From contig JAHRHZ010000223.1 in the NCBI GenBank assembly GCA_024137785.1, forward strand, positions 11,724,908 to 11,788,907: DNA of 64,000 bases, written 5' to 3'. The notes below the pieces were generated by a model. The model was not told where the DNA came from and searched no databases. It saw only the letters and a program-made list of their open reading frames with translations. The position numbers were made by a program, and so were the translations under genes. This DNA is from Ginglymostoma cirratum. Its lineage: Eukaryota. Positions 62,521 through 64,000 of the stretch are shown here, piece after piece. Position 1 is the first letter of the stretch. Each line of letters opens with the position of its first letter.

Positions 62521-64000
62521 TTTCTCCTTTATGATACAAAGCGAATGGAAGTGGAGCATCCTGCTTCTTATGTTCAGCTCATTTTAATATTTTCATTACA
62601 ATTGTCATGGCTTGCAAAGAAAAATGTATTTATTTTTCTTTCACTGACCCACTTGCTAATGACTTAGTCCCGCTCCATATTTCTCTTTATCTCCTCTCTG
62701 TTGTAAAAAATGATTTTGAGAACAGCACGTTCTGGGTTGTAAGGGGCTGAGAGTTGGAGGCGAGGAGAAGGATGGGGAGTGGGTAGCGGGAGGTTATTGC
62801 AGAGCATCTAACTTGGTCTCAACAGCCGCTTTAAAACAATGTAAGAAAAGTGGAACAAGAGGACGAGGGCACTTCTGAGTGAATGTGCAACTGACTTGAA
62901 AATCTGTAGAAAAAAATGTCAGAAATGAGTTGAAGATTGCTAGTGGAATAGATTACAAGTGTGTATTTAAACTGCAGATAGCTACATGCATTTACACTCA
63001 TTGCAGCGACATCAGTATTAGGCTGACAATATTTCTTACCAGTGTCTTGTTTGTGTGCATATGTTACAATATTCTTGAATGTCACTTTATTTTTCGGAAT
63101 GCCTGTGCAATTGACAAGTGTCTGAAAATGCATTCCCAAAATAGCCCATGCTTTAAAAAGGGTAAGTAAATTTAAGCTACAACAGATCGCTAAAAATGGA
63201 AGGGTTAATGTTGGATCTTGAACTTGGTTCTGGATTTTTCTTTAACCGTTCGCAACCATGCGAAGAGAACAAGTTTGGATTGAACACGTAGGGGCAGTTG
63301 TGCGAATTAACTTGCTATCTAAAGCATTACCAATGGCAGAAATGAGCAATAATTCTAAAAGCTCAGTCTATAGGATCTCGCCCCAATTGTAATAGTTACA
63401 ATTTCTAGCTGTGCTGTATGTGAAGATAGAGTGGTCGATGGAGCAAAATGTAACACACAAACGCCAAGCTACCTCGCAAGAAAACAAAACCCTCCTGAAC
63501 TCGACCATTACTAAAGTATTGTCCCAAAAAGCGACATAAATTAATTATTCTGTCACAATGCGGAAGGAGCGAGAACAGCAGCCCGGGGGATTAGCTCTTT
63601 CTCTGTTTTCCATCCCCGCCTCACCTCTCACTTACTCCTTTCCAATGCTGCATAGCTGCCTTATTCTGGGGCGGCTTTTGTCAAGTTGAAGGGAATGGGA
63701 TGATCCTGGTTCTGCAAGGAAGCAGAACTAATTTGCTTAAAACATGCTGTGAGGTTGCACACACTGGATATTCAATATGATTCTGCAGCTGACTAACATG
63801 CCTTGCCACAGATTATTGATACCTCAACTTTTTTTTTCTCTCTGTCTCTTTTTAAATCGACTTTACAGTCCAACAGCGTGTGTACCCGGGACTGTTGAAA
63901 GGTGTGTGTGTGCGTGTTGGGATTTTTTTTGAGTCCATTATGAAAGGGAACGTACCTCATTGAATGCATACAGACACAGAACATCAGATCTGCCTGCATA

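Overview
Vertebrate genomic DNA, very probably from a shark or other cartilaginous fish (inferred from the repeat complement: HE1/V-SINE-like and DeuSINE-like SINEs, CR1/L2 LINEs, Penelope-like elements). The only confident protein-coding gene is an intronless c-Maf (MAF) CDS at 56602-57573 (+). It has a TATA/CRE-like/CCAAT promoter at ~55.8 kb, a ~700-nt leader with three uORFs, and a CpG-rich, TE-poor surrounding. The upstream ~51 kb is a gene desert of decayed retroelements with one 400-N gap. Most notable: (i) many minimal type I hammerhead-ribozyme motifs, carried by two Penelope clades and by short non-coding derivatives; (ii) a ~3.8-kb palindrome in which a Poseidon-type Penelope lies between ~1.2-kb inverted arms that include ~0.9 kb of non-Penelope DNA and a 100%-identical core; (iii) a Gypsy remnant whose pol ends at RNase H (Gmr1-like order); (iv) a five-level nested insertion; (v) a candidate spliced minus-strand transcript at the left edge. 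All alignments were made by eye, so repeat boundaries are approximate.
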